Assembly: GCA_965224085.1 (NCBI GenBank)
Contig: CBDCYI010000004.1
Span: 544,001-608,000, forward strand
DNA from: Candidatus Marinacidobacterales bacterium
Lineage (GTDB): Bacteria; Acidobacteriota; Vicinamibacteria; Marinacidobacterales; SMYC01
Direction of reading: 5' to 3'
DNA: 64,000 bases
This document shows, in pieces, positions 63,179-64,000 of this stretch. Made by a program: the position numbers and the translations under genes. The notes beneath the pieces were generated by a model. The model ran no database searches and was not told the origin of the DNA. It saw only the letters and a list, made by a program, of their open reading frames with translations. The first letter of the stretch is position 1, and each line of letters opens with the position of its first letter.

Positions 63179-64000
63179 TCAGTGCGCCGGTGGGTCGGCG
63201 ATGAGCAGATCGAGGGCACGGTCGAGCCGTAGCGTCAGCATCGTGCCACGATCGAGCTCGACGTTTTTTCCGTCCGTCGCCAAGACGGCGCCCGAGCCAC
63301 CCAGAATGATTCCGGCCACCGCACCTTTCTTACCGCCGAGCAAAGCACCGAGCACGGCACCTACTCCGGCGCCGACGCCCATTTTGGTCTTCTCATCGCC
63401 GAGACCGCTTTCCATCTTTTCGGAAGCGCCGACGACGGTGGCCGTCAGAGGATAGGCGTATCCATCGACCTCGATCCTCTCGAACGCGAGGACGAGCTTG
63501 GCGCTTCGATCGAGCCGTCCGTCCGGACGGTCGACTTGCTCCACGATGCCGTACAGAACCGAGCCTGCGGGGATCACGACATAAGCGTCGTCGGTCACGG
63601 CAACGTTCGTGATGGCGGTAAACGCATCCCCGGCTTGTGTGTAGCGGGTGCTCACGCTGTCCATGAGCCGTGCCGAAAGCTGCGAGCCAATGGCGAGCGA
63701 TCGCATACCGTCGTCTTCAGACAATTCGAGGTCGGTGCGAAGGCGCGCGAGCTCGCGAAAGACTTCATCGATCTCGTCGGTGCTCAGCCCGCTGCCTTCA
63801 CCAAAAGCCTCACGATGTTTCCTGGACTTCACTTTGAGGTAGACGACTTCCATACGGAGATCGTCGAGCCGCGCTCGAAAGGACTCGGGCGCCTCCACCG
63901 ACGCCTGAAGATCCTCGGTGAGAGCTTCGAGCTCGTTCTCGAGTCGTTCGAGCTCACTCGCGGAAGCTTCGTCCGCGTTCGCAGATACCGGACCGCCCAA
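63179..64000 (-). CDS. partial hypothetical protein: coiled coil + TrbI/VirB10-like beta domain with glycine zipper
   Basis: VIPAGS...G, L.L.F..I, GAGVGAVLGALLGGKKGA; 5' end beyond window. Confidence 0.65.
   Translation of the reverse strand: MGGPVSANADEASASELERLENELEALTEDLQASVEAPESFRARLDDLRMEVVYLKVKSRKHREAFGEGSGLSTDEIDEVFRELARLRTDLELSEDDGMRSLAIGSQLSARLMDSVSTRYTQAGDAFTAITNVAVTDDAYVVIPAGSVLYGIVEQVDRPDGRLDRSAKLVLAFERIEVDGYAYPLTATVVGASEKMESGLGDEKTKMGVGAGVGAVLGALLGGKKGAVAGIILGGSGAVLATDGKNVELDRGTMLTLRLDRALDLLIADPPAH

Noticed and set aside
63158-63184. Short tandem repeat TCATG/TCAGTG between convergent genes
   Set aside because: Too short and irregular; not CRISPR-like and no evident function.

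Overview
High-GC bacterial chromosomal segment. Its gene families (VWA + TPR pair, 'LxxGxxLGPY'-type Ser/Thr kinases, PQQ-like propeller, DUF5916 relic) suggest Acidobacteriota, possibly Vicinamibacteria; this is inference, as there is no marker gene. Largely intact genes include topoisomerase III, a kinase/FGE/hydrolase fusion, a Tat amidase, a phasin, an L-fucose-type ABC/lactonase/dehydratase operon, paired HtrA proteases, a GCS2-CBS protein, an atypical ClpX-like ATPase, a reductive-dehalogenase/QueG-like Fe-S protein and a cusCBA-type efflux operon behind a sigma54-type promoter. Three IS elements are present: IS200, a truncated IS1634 inside a porin gene, and an intact ISAzo13 splitting a LuxR gene. 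Highlights: (1) a Rieske + cytochrome b operon whose third gene is a membrane-anchored octaheme HAO-family cytochrome instead of cytochrome c1; (2) an unannotated 25-aa (KKKxx)n basic microprotein with its own promoter, structured leader and terminator; (3) about a dozen genes truncated or collapsed by deletion, several keeping only their two ends, plus several single-base frameshifts. No rRNA, tRNA or CRISPR array was recognised. All family calls come from motif recognition by eye, not from database searches.
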